Of a stretch of 64,000 nt of DNA, positions 38,597-47,285 are shown one piece after another. Source of the stretch: Fidelibacterota bacterium (lineage in GTDB: Bacteria > Fidelibacterota > Marinisomatia > SCGC-AAA003-L08 > JACNLC01). The notes beneath the pieces are model-generated. The model saw only the letters and a list, made by a program, of their open reading frames with translations. It did no database searches and had not been told where the DNA came from. The position numbers and the translations under genes are program-made. Positions within the stretch are counted from its first letter, which is position 1, and each line of letters begins with the position of its first letter. Where the stretch lies: assembly GCA_024277615.1 (NCBI GenBank), contig JAJRUW010000054.1, forward strand, positions 2,944-66,943, read 5' to 3'.

Positions 38597-40126
38597 ATGA
38601 TCAAAAGAGCCTTATTGAGCGTTTGGTTTAAAGATGGTTTGGTGGAACTCGGCAAATTTCTTGCCGAAAACGGAGTGGAATTGATCTCCACCGGCGGCAC
38701 GGCTCAAGTTCTCTCAGATGCCGGACTGACAGTGACTCCCGTGGAAAAAATTACAGGTACGGGAGCCGTCATGGACGGTCGCGTAAAAACGCTGGATCCC
38801 CGTATTTTCGGGGGAATTCTGGCCGATCGGGATAAACCGGATCATTTATTGGAACTCTCTAAGCTTGGCGGTGTCCCCATCGATCTCGTCGTAGTTAATT
38901 TTTATCCCTTTGTTGCTGAAGCGGTTGAAAGCGCTCTGGATCTGCGTGACGCCGTTCGGTACATCGACATCGGCGGACCTTCCATGTTGCGCGCGGCAGC
39001 CAAGAATCACCATTCCGTGGTGGCTCTCTGTCGTCCGTCCCAGTATGCAGATTTTATGGAAGTATTCCGACGGAACAATGGCCATATTCCCCTTGAAACA
39101 CGCCGGCGTTACGCCGCTGATATATTTGAGCTGACCAGTAGCTATGACACTGCCGTCAAAGATTATTTTGGAAAGTCCGGGCAGGAACCGGGCGTCGAAT
39201 TAAAACTCGATTTTGTGCGTTCAGCAGAATTACGTTACGGAGAGAATCCCCATCAGAAAGCTGCTTTTTATCTGCCAAAAGGAGCCGAACTGCCCTGGGA
39301 GCAGCATCAGGGGAAGGCGCTTTCCTATAACAATTATGCGGATATGGAATCGGCAGGCAATATTGCTTCCGAGTTTAATGAGATTGCCTGTTGTATTGTA
39401 AAACATGCCAATCCCTGCGGGTTTGGATTCGGCCCTTCTCCGGTCGAGGCATATCGCAGGGCGGTCACTACGGACCCCGTAAGCTATTTCGGGGGAATCG
39501 TGGGATTTAACCGCCGGGTTGACGGCGAAACCGCACGGGAATTGATCAAATCCTTTCTGGAATGCATCATCGCACCCGGTTATTCTGGGGAGGCTCTGTC
39601 CGTTTTCAGCAAAAAGAAGAATTTGAGGGTGGTATCCGTAACACGGCGCGGACTGACTGGCACAATATCGTATAAATCTGTGGCCGGTGGTTTGCTGTAT
39701 CAGGAAAAGGACGGCGACCGGGGTGAACTGGATCATCTGCAGGTTGTTACCAAACGCAAACCTTCCTCTGCAGAAACAGCCGCCATGAATCTGGGTTGGA
39801 GGTTAGTACGGTATGTTAAATCAAATGCCATTGTATTTACGGATTCAGACCAGCTGCTCGGTGTGGGAGCAGGTCAGATGTCGCGGCTGGACTCAGTATT
39901 GCTGGCAATGCGCAAAAGCCGTTCGGCAGGGTTGAAAATCAAAGGGGCTGCAATGGCATCGGATGCTTTTTTCCCCTTTCCGGATGGGATTGAGGTTGCT
40001 GCCGAGGCAGGGATTACAGCGATCATTCAGCCGGGCGGATCTATCAGAGACAGGGAGGTCATTCGGCGAGCTGATGAACTTGAGCTTGCCATGGTCTTTA
40101 CAAATGTTCGACACTTTTATCATTAA
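38597..40126 (+). CDS. purH: Bifunctional AICAR formyltransferase / IMP cyclohydrolase
   Basis: 509 aa with an MGS-like N-domain (ALLSVWFKDGL), an AICARFT domain (LRYGENPHQ, VKHANPCG) and a C-terminal RHFYH. Confidence 0.95.
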   Translation: MIKRALLSVWFKDGLVELGKFLAENGVELISTGGTAQVLSDAGLTVTPVEKITGTGAVMDGRVKTLDPRIFGGILADRDKPDHLLELSKLGGVPIDLVVVNFYPFVAEAVESALDLRDAVRYIDIGGPSMLRAAAKNHHSVVALCRPSQYADFMEVFRRNNGHIPLETRRRYAADIFELTSSYDTAVKDYFGKSGQEPGVELKLDFVRSAELRYGENPHQKAAFYLPKGAELPWEQHQGKALSYNNYADMESAGNIASEFNEIACCIVKHANPCGFGFGPSPVEAYRRAVTTDPVSYFGGIVGFNRRVDGETARELIKSFLECIIAPGYSGEALSVFSKKKNLRVVSVTRRGLTGTISYKSVAGGLLYQEKDGDRGELDHLQVVTKRKPSSAETAAMNLGWRLVRYVKSNAIVFTDSDQLLGVGAGQMSRLDSVLLAMRKSRSAGLKIKGAAMASDAFFPFPDGIEVAAEAGITAIIQPGGSIRDREVIRRADELELAMVFTNVRHFYH

Positions 40127-40139
40127 ACAGGTATAAAAA

Positions 40140-41159
40140 ATGGGAAAATTTTCATCAATTTCGAATCTTGTATCAGGCGATATTGCCATTGATCTTGGAA
40201 CTGCCAATACGCTCATCTGGGTGAAAGGCCAGGGTATCATCATTAATGAACCTTCGGTGATCTCGCAGAGTGTTATCGACGGGAAAGTCATTGCCGTTGG
40301 CAAAGAAGCCAGTGCCATGGTCGGCAAGACTCATAAGGATATACGAACAATCCGCCCTTTGAAAGACGGCGTAATTGCCGATTTTAAGGCCACCGATGCA
40401 ATGATCCAGGGGTTTATACGAAAAATGCACATCAGCCGGATTGCCCGTCCCCGCATTGTGATCTGTATTCCTTCGGGGGTAACGGATGTGGAGCGCAGGG
40501 CTGTGCGGGAATCCGCCGAGCGGGCCAATGCGAGTGAAGTCCACCTCATCGAAGAGCCCATGGCGGCCGCCATCGGTATCGGCATTGACATCAGCGAACC
40601 CAAAGGAAATATGATCGTGGATATTGGCGGCGGAACCACGGAAATTGCCGTGATCTCCCTGAATGGTATCGTAGAGATCGAGGCCATCCGTATTGCCGGT
40701 GATGAGCAGGACTCGGCCATCATCAGCTGGTTCAAGAATGAGCATAAACTGGAGATCGGTCAGAAAACGGCTGAAGCTATCAAATGCAATGTGGGATCAG
40801 CCGTGCGGGGAAACAGCACCAAAATTCATGTGAAGGGGCGGCATCTCGTATCCGGCATACCAAAAACCATCGAAGTGAGTTCGGATGAAATCAGACAATC
40901 TTTAGCAGACACTATTTTCCAGATCCAGTCCGCCATTAAACGGGCTTTGGAACGCACACCGCCGGAGTTGTCCGCCGATATCATCGAGTACGGGATTATC
41001 CTCACCGGCGGGGGTGCCATGTTGAGAGGACTGGATCAGCATGTACGTAATAAAACCGGGTTACCGGTGCATGTGGCCGAAGATGCGCTCTTTTCGGTTG
41101 TAAAAGGAACCGGAATTGCCCTTGAAAATCTGAAAAAATACAGGGAAATCCTGAAGTAG
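40140..41159 (+). CDS. mreB: Rod shape-determining protein MreB
   Basis: Actin-fold motifs DLGTANT, EPMAAAIG and DIGGGTTE. Confidence 0.95.
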   Translation: MGKFSSISNLVSGDIAIDLGTANTLIWVKGQGIIINEPSVISQSVIDGKVIAVGKEASAMVGKTHKDIRTIRPLKDGVIADFKATDAMIQGFIRKMHISRIARPRIVICIPSGVTDVERRAVRESAERANASEVHLIEEPMAAAIGIGIDISEPKGNMIVDIGGGTTEIAVISLNGIVEIEAIRIAGDEQDSAIISWFKNEHKLEIGQKTAEAIKCNVGSAVRGNSTKIHVKGRHLVSGIPKTIEVSSDEIRQSLADTIFQIQSAIKRALERTPPELSADIIEYGIILTGGGAMLRGLDQHVRNKTGLPVHVAEDALFSVVKGTGIALENLKKYREILK

Positions 41160-41160
41160 A

Positions 41161-41940
41161 ATGTCTTTGATCCGCCTGGCATATCTCTACAGAGAGATAC
41201 TTGCACTGGTGATCACGACAGTGGCCTCTCTGTTTATCTTTTTCACCAATTCAGCACCTGCAGTAAGAGCCGTGCAGGCTGACCTCGCAGGAATCACAAA
41301 AGTAATCTTTGCACCCCAGCGCTGGTACCGGAATATTCTCTCGGTCAAAGAAGAAAACCGGACACTTCAGGAAACAGTCGTACAACTGACCCTGCTGAAT
41401 GCGAAACTGATGCAATACCGTTCTGAAAATGAACAACTCAGAAAAATGCTGAAATTCACGGAAGAATCACGCCTTGATCTGCTCCCGGCCCGCATCATCA
41501 ATCAGAATCTCATGGCCTCCGTGCATACCCTCATGATTGATGTGGGTAAGAATTCAGGCCTGCATGCCGATATGGGAGTAATGGATGTCCACGGTATTAT
41601 CGGCAAGATCATCAGCGTTGGGGAAAAAGCCTCTGAAGTACAGATGATAACCGACAAGAATTATAAAATATCAGTCAGGGTGGGTGATTCCCGTGAACTG
41701 GGAATATTCTCATTCGACCAGGGCTCGCTGGGGAAAATAGACGGTATCCGTAAAACACTTTCCCTCAAAGCCGGCGCAATTGTCTATACCTCGGGTATAT
41801 CCGATATTTACCCGGCAGACATTCCCGTTGCCCGCATCGTTTCAACGCGGCAGGATGAGAATAAAGCCTTTCAGGATATCATTGTGGAATTGCTGGCTGA
41901 TATCCATAATTTCGACTTTGTTTTTGTGATTAAAAATTGA
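41161..41940 (+). CDS. mreC: Rod shape-determining protein MreC
   Basis: N-terminal TM helix, coiled coil (ENRTLQE...ENEQLRKML) and a beta-barrel domain. Position in mreBCD. Confidence 0.85.
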   Translation: MSLIRLAYLYREILALVITTVASLFIFFTNSAPAVRAVQADLAGITKVIFAPQRWYRNILSVKEENRTLQETVVQLTLLNAKLMQYRSENEQLRKMLKFTEESRLDLLPARIINQNLMASVHTLMIDVGKNSGLHADMGVMDVHGIIGKIISVGEKASEVQMITDKNYKISVRVGDSRELGIFSFDQGSLGKIDGIRKTLSLKAGAIVYTSGISDIYPADIPVARIVSTRQDENKAFQDIIVELLADIHNFDFVFVIKN

Positions 41941-42030
41941 GGAAACGGTGCTCCTGCGAATACCTGCCCTGTGCTGGGGTTGCCGAGGGACCTGCAGCAC
42001 AAATGCAAAGAAGCTGCTGCATATAAGGAT

Positions 42031-42522
42031 ATGTTATTGATGGTGTTTATCAGATATAGCCTTGCTTTTCTCGTTCTTTTCCTGATCCAGACGCTGCTGC
42101 CCGGATTCTACTTAGGTAATTACAGTTATAAACCTGATCTCTTTCTGGTTTTCCTTACATATATTGCTATCCGTCACGACCGCCTGACCGGAACTGTAGT
42201 CGGTTTTATCATCGGTCTGATCATGGATATTGCAACCCAGGCTGCGCTTCTCGGAATTTATGCTTTTGTTAAATCCATCTCCGGCTACACACTGGGGACT
42301 TTTCATCAATACCGGACAATCTGGACCCGCCCCATAAAGCTGGCCTTCCTTTTTTTCTGTTATCTGCTGCATTTTTCAATTTTCTATTATGTCACACTCA
42401 ACGGGACAAATGCTTCCCTGGCACTTGGAGCGCAGCTGGTCTTTTTCCACTCTCTTATCACTTTGATTCTCGTCCTCGTTTCTGACAGATTTTTCTTCGA
42501 TTTTTATTTAGGCCGAAATTGA
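42031..42522 (+). CDS. mreD: Rod shape-determining protein MreD
   Basis: Polytopic small membrane protein directly after mreC. Start chosen at ATG 42031; the track's GTG 41971 adds a non-hydrophobic extension. Confidence 0.65.
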   Translation: MLLMVFIRYSLAFLVLFLIQTLLPGFYLGNYSYKPDLFLVFLTYIAIRHDRLTGTVVGFIIGLIMDIATQAALLGIYAFVKSISGYTLGTFHQYRTIWTRPIKLAFLFFCYLLHFSIFYYVTLNGTNASLALGAQLVFFHSLITLILVLVSDRFFFDFYLGRN

Positions 42523-44276
42523 CAGTCTATAAACAGAATATTCGCCACAAGTCTTCTCTTCTGATCTGGCTGGCAGGTTTCATTCTGATTTTGTTGGGGT
42601 ACCGCTTTTTCGAGCTGCAGGTAGTGGATTATCACAAATACTGGAGTAAAGCACAATCCAATGCAGTGCGCAGGATCAGCGTCCCGGCACAGCGGGGAAT
42701 CATCTACGACAGAAACGGTGTATCCCTGGTGGATAATTCCCCGATTTATGATATGAAGGTCATCCCGGTGGATGTCACAGAGACCTTTAATTACAGTCTT
42801 CTGGCTGATGTCACCGGCTTGAAAGAGACTGATTTGCGGCAGAAAATCCAACAGGGGAAGCGGGGCGTCTCCCGTTTTAGACCTCTGTTGATTCAGCGGC
42901 ATATAGGTTTTGAGATAATGGCCAAACTGGAGGAGTACAAGCTTGAATTACCGGGACTCATTTTTTCCCAGTTACCGGCCCGGGTCTATCCAGATTCCTG
43001 CAAATTAACACATTCACTGGGGTACCTGAGGAATATTACGGAAGAGATAATCCAGAACTCAGATACGACTTTGAACTACCGTCCCGATGATATTTACGGA
43101 GCGGCCGGACTTGAGATGAGTTACGAAGCCTATCTTCGCGGTCGTGACGGTGTGGAATTACATACTGTGGATATTCTCGGCAGAGACCTGGGAGTCTTAC
43201 AGCAGGAGAATTATTATCCTCCCGTACCCGGTAACCGGCTGGACCTCTGCATCGACGCCCGGTTGCAGTTAGAGGGGGAGCGACTGTTGGCAGGTCGCCG
43301 GGGTGCTCTGATTGCTATGGACCCCGTAAACGGTGATGTCCTGGCCTATGTGAGTTCCCCTGACTATGACCTGGATTCATTTGTGGGCCCCATTCCCTAC
43401 AATCTGTGGAATAAATGGAATACGGACCCCAATCGCCCCTTACTGAACCGTGTGATCAATGGTACTTATCCTCCGGGATCCGTTATGAAACTGGTCGCCG
43501 CCGCCGCCGCCCTCGAATATAATTCCGTCAGTCCGGCCTGGACCGTGAATTGTACGGGTTCCTATCAATACGGAAATCGCACTTATCACTGCTGGAAGGA
43601 GGGGGGGCATGGAATTGTCGACCTGAAAAAGGCGATCAAATATTCCTGCAATATTTATTTTTATCATTTGATCCAGCAAATGTCTTTGAAAGAATGGGCT
43701 TCGATGGCACGGGCCTTTGGTTTCGGTTCGCGCACCGGGATTGATCTGCCTTTTGAATCCAGGGGTGTTGTTCCCACAAAAAAATACCTCGACAATAAAT
43801 ATACCAGCAGGGGTTGGGCCAGGGGGAATCTGTTGAGTTTTGTCATCGGTCAGGGTGATGTACTGGCAACCCCCGTACAGGTCGCTCAGATGATAAACCT
43901 GATAGCACATAAAGGTCAGACCTGCAAACCCCATTTATCAAAGGAAGTCATGTTAACTCCCTTTCGTCTTGACCTGAAATCCTCGACCTGGGATTTTATC
44001 CAAAAGGCAATGTGGGAAGTTGTTAACGGAGAGCATGGCACAGGCAAAGCTTCAAAGATCGCAGGCCCGGCTGTGGTGAGGGGGAAGACGGGTACTTCCG
44101 AGAATCCCCATGGTGAGCCGCATTCATGGTACGGGGGCTATGTCACCCTGCCGGGAGGCCGCATGATGAGTATTGCTGTCATCGTTGAAAATGGCGGCAA
44201 AGGTTCCCATGTTGCAGCACCTATGGCCAAAGAGATGTTTCAATTATTTTCAGATCTGTATTCGACGGGTGGTTAA
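42519..44276 (+). CDS. mrdA: Penicillin-binding protein 2 (elongasome transpeptidase)
   Basis: PBP dimerisation domain plus transpeptidase motifs (PPGSVMK = SxxK, SCN, KTGT). Confidence 0.9.
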   Translation: MTVYKQNIRHKSSLLIWLAGFILILLGYRFFELQVVDYHKYWSKAQSNAVRRISVPAQRGIIYDRNGVSLVDNSPIYDMKVIPVDVTETFNYSLLADVTGLKETDLRQKIQQGKRGVSRFRPLLIQRHIGFEIMAKLEEYKLELPGLIFSQLPARVYPDSCKLTHSLGYLRNITEEIIQNSDTTLNYRPDDIYGAAGLEMSYEAYLRGRDGVELHTVDILGRDLGVLQQENYYPPVPGNRLDLCIDARLQLEGERLLAGRRGALIAMDPVNGDVLAYVSSPDYDLDSFVGPIPYNLWNKWNTDPNRPLLNRVINGTYPPGSVMKLVAAAAALEYNSVSPAWTVNCTGSYQYGNRTYHCWKEGGHGIVDLKKAIKYSCNIYFYHLIQQMSLKEWASMARAFGFGSRTGIDLPFESRGVVPTKKYLDNKYTSRGWARGNLLSFVIGQGDVLATPVQVAQMINLIAHKGQTCKPHLSKEVMLTPFRLDLKSSTWDFIQKAMWEVVNGEHGTGKASKIAGPAVVRGKTGTSENPHGEPHSWYGGYVTLPGGRMMSIAVIVENGGKGSHVAAPMAKEMFQLFSDLYSTGG

Positions 44277-45499
44277 TGTTAAATAAAATTATCTCGACTT
44301 CCAACAGTATCCGCGTGCAGGCCAAAGTGATTTTGCCTGTGATGGTTCTTTTGGTCATGGGACTGATGATCCTGAAGAGTACCAGTAGTCAAGTACTCTT
44401 TTTCGACTCTACACTTTATAAACAGATCATTTGGATAGGGCTGGGGATGTTTGCATTTTTTCTGATCCAGTATATCAGAATCCAGGTTTTTTATGAGTAT
44501 GCTTACATCCTCTACGGCCTCATGATCCTGGCTTTGCTGATGACCTATGCTATGCCGGCAATTTCAGGGTCACATCGCTGGCTGATCCTGGGGCCGGTCA
44601 GGTTTCAGCCCTCTGAATTGGGGAAAATGATAGTGATTTTTACGCTGGCAAAATTTCTATCAGACCGCAGGGACCAGTCCCATCCGATAAAAACCGTGCT
44701 GCTGGCGTTTTGCCTGTCCATAATTCCGGCGTTAATCGTTTTTAAGCAACCCGATCTCGGCACTGCGATAATCTACATTGCCATAACCGTTCCCATGCTA
44801 TTCTGGGCCGGAGTTCATCCCTATTATCTGTTTTTGCTGATCTCACCATTCGTCAGTATTCTGGCAGCCTTCAACCTGATCGCCTTCTATCTGTGGATCG
44901 GCCTGGTAATCCTGATCCTGATTTACAATCAACCAAAGCTTTGGGTGGGGGTTGTGACGGTTTTTATAAATATCGCTTCGGGTACGCTGTCAACATTTAT
45001 CTGGAATCACCTCTATCCCCATCAGAAACAGCGAATTCTCACATTCCTGGATCCTGCGATGGACCCAAGAGGTGCAGGATATCAGATAATACAATCCATC
45101 ACGGCAATCGGGTCCGGAGGATTTTTAGGGAAAGGCCTGGGGCAGGGTACACAGACACATTTACGTTTTTTGCCGGTTCGGGATACCGATTTTATCATCT
45201 CCGTGCTGAGTGAAGAATTGGGATTGATCGGCATAATAATCGTACTCATTGCTTTTTTCGGGCTGGTTTACTGGATAGTGACATATGCCAGATTCGTACA
45301 TAATCATTTTTCTAGCCTGACACTTGTTGGCATCATCTCAATGCTTTTCGTGCACATGTCGATAAACATGGGCATGACGGTAGGGTGGCTGCCCGTCACG
45401 GGACTGCCGGCTCCTTTCATCAGCTATGGCGGCTCATTTCTGCTAACCTCAATCGCTGCCATCGCCCTGGCTAACAATATCATTTCGAATGATATCTAA
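44276..45499 (+). CDS. rodA: Peptidoglycan glycosyltransferase RodA (SEDS family)
   Basis: Ten-TM SEDS protein with the FQPSELGK and TDFI motifs, directly after mrdA. Confidence 0.9.
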   Translation: MLNKIISTSNSIRVQAKVILPVMVLLVMGLMILKSTSSQVLFFDSTLYKQIIWIGLGMFAFFLIQYIRIQVFYEYAYILYGLMILALLMTYAMPAISGSHRWLILGPVRFQPSELGKMIVIFTLAKFLSDRRDQSHPIKTVLLAFCLSIIPALIVFKQPDLGTAIIYIAITVPMLFWAGVHPYYLFLLISPFVSILAAFNLIAFYLWIGLVILILIYNQPKLWVGVVTVFINIASGTLSTFIWNHLYPHQKQRILTFLDPAMDPRGAGYQIIQSITAIGSGGFLGKGLGQGTQTHLRFLPVRDTDFIISVLSEELGLIGIIIVLIAFFGLVYWIVTYARFVHNHFSSLTLVGIISMLFVHMSINMGMTVGWLPVTGLPAPFISYGGSFLLTSIAAIALANNIISNDI

Positions 45500-45672
45500 T
45501 GCCGGTATGTACTGCCCGGCTTGCATTTTCTTCATCATAACCTTGGTTGATCCGGGCATTTTTACAACCTGGGAACTGTCCAAATTCGGGGTTTCCGCGG
45601 TGTTCGGCATCAGAGCCTTTGGAGTTATTCTGGCGCATTGCTCCCTATGGTTTTATTCCTGTAAATTTACTC

Positions 45673-46428
45673 ATGTGTTTAATCGGGAAAACAGGGCTTA
45701 GAATAAAAAAACAACTTCTTCCCCTTTTAAAAATAATTCCAGTTTTAGTTCTTGTCTTTACGGTTTTCAACTGTGCCGGCAGGGCTGTTAGTCCGGGACC
45801 CGGGACTTCAGATAAAATTGCTGATTTGGATCAAGAGGTAAAAAATCTTGAAACAATTCAGGCAGAAGAAACCGCCAGACTGGGGAATCGTCTTAAAATC
45901 GTTGAGGACCGCACGATTTTTTCGGACAGTATCAGTTTTGAAATGCAGAATGAAATTGAGAACCTGATGACCCGCATTGAGCTGCTTGAGAAAAACACGG
46001 CTAAGGTTTTATCAGGTAATCAGCAGGGTAATAGTCCCGATCTGACCGTGTTAACCGATGAAGAATACCGGGCAAAGTACATTTCAGCGCTGGCATCCTA
46101 TCAGAACGGTGACTATTCCGCCGCCGAAAAGGCTTTCCGTGAACTTCTGCAGATAAACCCGCTTCATGACCTGGCGGATAACAGCCAATACTGGATCGGT
46201 GAGATTTATTATGCCAGGAAAAATTATCGTCAGGCTCTGGAGGAATTCCAAAAAGTCATGGACTTTAAAGACACCAATAAAGCCGATCATGCCCTGTTCA
46301 AGATAGGCCTGTGCTATCTGAATCTCGGTGATACACAACAGGCCAGAGCAACCTTTTTAACTCACGTCACCAAATATCCGAACAGCGAACTGTATTCCCG
46401 CTCGAAGTCTTACTTAGATCAAAATTAA
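45673..46428 (+). CDS. YbgF/CpoB-like coiled-coil plus TPR lipoprotein
   Basis: Lipobox-like VFNC, a coiled-coil segment, then the YbgF-type TPR block (ALASYQNGDY...SQYWIGEIYYARKNY...ALFKIGLCYLNLGD). The start is uncertain (track: 45547). Confidence 0.55.
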   Translation: MCLIGKTGLRIKKQLLPLLKIIPVLVLVFTVFNCAGRAVSPGPGTSDKIADLDQEVKNLETIQAEETARLGNRLKIVEDRTIFSDSISFEMQNEIENLMTRIELLEKNTAKVLSGNQQGNSPDLTVLTDEEYRAKYISALASYQNGDYSAAEKAFRELLQINPLHDLADNSQYWIGEIYYARKNYRQALEEFQKVMDFKDTNKADHALFKIGLCYLNLGDTQQARATFLTHVTKYPNSELYSRSKSYLDQN

Positions 46429-46442
46429 TTTCCAGGATTATT

Positions 46443-47273
46443 ATGGCCTTTAAAATTTATTATCTTACTTCCGAAACAGCGCCTTTTTGCGGGACTAATC
46501 TGATCAGCAAATTAACACGCAAAGTGTCAACGATCTATAATGAAGATCCGGAAATTGATATTCGCGTCGTGCAGCCGAAATACGGTTTTATCAGTGAGCG
46601 GAAATATGTCATCAGAGAGGTCATCCGGCTCCGGGAAATTCCGGTTAGCTTCGGTGGGGAAACCAAACTGGTCAATTTGAAATCCGCCTTTATCCCTGAG
46701 TCCAGGGTACAGGTCTATTTCATGCAGTACGATGAATATTTCAAGCAGCTGCCGGAGTTGTTATACAAAGCCCGAAACGGCCGGATCTATAAGGATAATG
46801 ATGATAAATTCACTTTTTTCAGTGAAGTAACCGTAAAGGCACTTAAGCTTTTATTCTGGGTCCCGGATGTTATCATCTGTGCTGATTGGCAGACGTCCAT
46901 GGTTCCGGCAATTCTGAAAAAATACGCCCGCGAGGATGAATTTTATCAGAACATAAAATCAGCTTTTATTTTGTCCTGTGACAACCCGGATTATCGGTAT
47001 TTCTCAAAGGTAACATACGAGAAAGTTGGCCTGGAACCTGCCACAAATGACAGCGTACAAGACAACCTCAAATTTGCTGTCGAGAACTCCGATTATTTAT
47101 TTACCGTAGATGATGAAAACTCGACGTTAACAACCCGGTTGAATAAGGACTCAAAGCTTAAGAATGCGCTTAATAATCGAAAGAATACCCTCATTAAAAT
47201 TCCCAAAGAAGCAAAGAGGGAAGATTGGAAAGCCGCTGCTGCCACAATCAAATCCACTTTATTGGCTGACTGA
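46443..47273 (+). CDS. Short glycogen/starch-synthase N-terminal-domain-like protein (Glyco_transf_5-like), with no GT-B C-terminal half
   Basis: 276 aa. KIYYLTSETAPF...IRVVQPKYG...DKFTFFSEV...PDVIICADWQTS follows the GlgA N-domain pattern (ApfaKTGGLaDV, vvlPrY, D.ihahDWqt), but the KTGGL ADP-glucose loop reads CGTNL. Confidence 0.55.
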   Translation: MAFKIYYLTSETAPFCGTNLISKLTRKVSTIYNEDPEIDIRVVQPKYGFISERKYVIREVIRLREIPVSFGGETKLVNLKSAFIPESRVQVYFMQYDEYFKQLPELLYKARNGRIYKDNDDKFTFFSEVTVKALKLLFWVPDVIICADWQTSMVPAILKKYAREDEFYQNIKSAFILSCDNPDYRYFSKVTYEKVGLEPATNDSVQDNLKFAVENSDYLFTVDDENSTLTTRLNKDSKLKNALNNRKNTLIKIPKEAKREDWKAAAATIKSTLLAD

Positions 47274-47285
47274 CACACACACTCC

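Noticed and set aside
45489-45701. A 70-aa ORF between rodA and the YbgF-like gene.
   Set aside because: It overlaps the rodA stop and the probable signal-peptide region of the next gene, and it has no recognisable motif. It is likely non-coding or part of the upstream region of the lipoprotein gene.
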